From sequence record MZ501067: DNA of 64,000 nt. The stretch is one strand, 5' to 3'. The notes under the pieces are model-generated. The model saw nothing but the letters and a program-made list of their open reading frames with translations, was not told the origin of the DNA and made no database searches. Position 1 is the stretch's first letter. Every line of letters begins with the position of its first letter. Made by a program: the position numbers and the translations under genes. Source of the DNA: Escherichia phage FriedrichZschokke. Shown one piece after another: positions 63,174-64,000 of the stretch.

Positions 63174-63992
63174 ATGTTTGGTTATTTTTATAATTCGTCT
63201 TTTAGACGATATGCTACCTTGATGGGCGATTTGTTTTCAAATATCCAAATCAAACGTCAGTTAGAATCTGGTGATAAGTTTATACGTGTTCCTATTACGT
63301 ATGCATCAAAGGAACACTTCATGATGAAATTGAATAAATGGACATCGATAAATTCACAAGAAGATGTAGCTAAAGTTGAAACTATTCTACCTCGTATAAA
63401 TTTACATTTAGTTGATTTTAGCTATAATGCTCCATTTAAAACAAACATTTTAAATCAGAATTTACTACAAAAAGGCGCAACTTCCGTAGTATCGCAGTAT
63501 AATCCATCTCCTATTAAAATGATTTATGAATTGAGTATCTTTACTCGCTACGAAGATGATATGTTTCAAATAGTTGAACAGATTCTTCCATATTTTCAAC
63601 CTCATTTTAATACAACTATGTACGAGCAGTTTGGAAATGATATTCCATTTAAAAGGGATATTAAAATTGTACTGATGTCTGCTGCTATAGACGAAGCTAT
63701 AGATGGGGACAATTTATCTCGTCGTAGAATTGAATGGTCATTAACATTTGAAGTAAATGGATGGATGTATCCTCCAGTAGATGATGCAGAAGGATTAATT
63801 CGTACTACTTATACAGATTTTCATGCTAATACCAGAGATTTGCCTGATGGCGAAGGCGTTTTTGAATCTGTTGATAATGAAGTTGTTCCTCGAGATATTG
63901 ACCCAGAAGACTGGGATGGAACAGTAAAACAAACTTTCACTAGTAATGTAAATAGACCAACACCGCCAGAACCTCCTGGCCCAAGAACATAG
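63174..63992 (+). CDS. 15: Tail sheath stabiliser / tail terminator gp15
   Basis: 272 aa ORF, synteny and length as T4 gp15. Confidence 0.92.
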   Translation: MFGYFYNSSFRRYATLMGDLFSNIQIKRQLESGDKFIRVPITYASKEHFMMKLNKWTSINSQEDVAKVETILPRINLHLVDFSYNAPFKTNILNQNLLQKGATSVVSQYNPSPIKMIYELSIFTRYEDDMFQIVEQILPYFQPHFNTTMYEQFGNDIPFKRDIKIVLMSAAIDEAIDGDNLSRRRIEWSLTFEVNGWMYPPVDDAEGLIRTTYTDFHANTRDLPDGEGVFESVDNEVVPRDIDPEDWDGTVKQTFTSNVNRPTPPEPPGPRT

Positions 63993-64000
63993 AGGTTATT

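Overview
This window is a nearly gene-for-gene collinear segment of a T4-like (T-even, Tequatrovirus-type) myovirus, running from the 5' part of gene 62 to gene 15. Positions 1-45707 are almost entirely minus-strand early/middle genes: clamp loader 62/44, sliding clamp 45, rpbA, recombination nuclease 46/47, alpha-glucosyltransferase, late sigma factor gp55, anaerobic ribonucleotide reductase nrdG/nrdD, endonuclease VII, pin, nrdC followed by eleven downstream ORFs, rI, tk, regB, a GrcA-like glycyl-radical cofactor, internal proteins, denV, lysozyme e, nudE, an 11-gene tRNA cluster, ipI, 57B (Acb1-like), 57A and genes 1, 3, 2, 4. Positions 45755-63992 are plus-strand late baseplate and tail genes 53, 5, 5.1, 5.4, 6-12, wac, 13, 14, 15. 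All identifications rest on reading the six-frame translations against remembered T4 proteins and on gene order; no database search was run. I did not find a clear-cut new multi-gene system. The most interesting departures from the T4 pattern, none of which could be checked against the T4 sequence itself, are: a Pol-beta-type nucleotidyltransferase gene split by an apparent -1 frameshift, sitting in the variable locus upstream of rI; a tRNA cluster with 11 tRNAs including Tyr, Asn and His; an uninterrupted nrdD; a macrodomain protein; hypervariable capsid-targeted internal proteins; and early promoters with embedded stem-loops whose stems covary.
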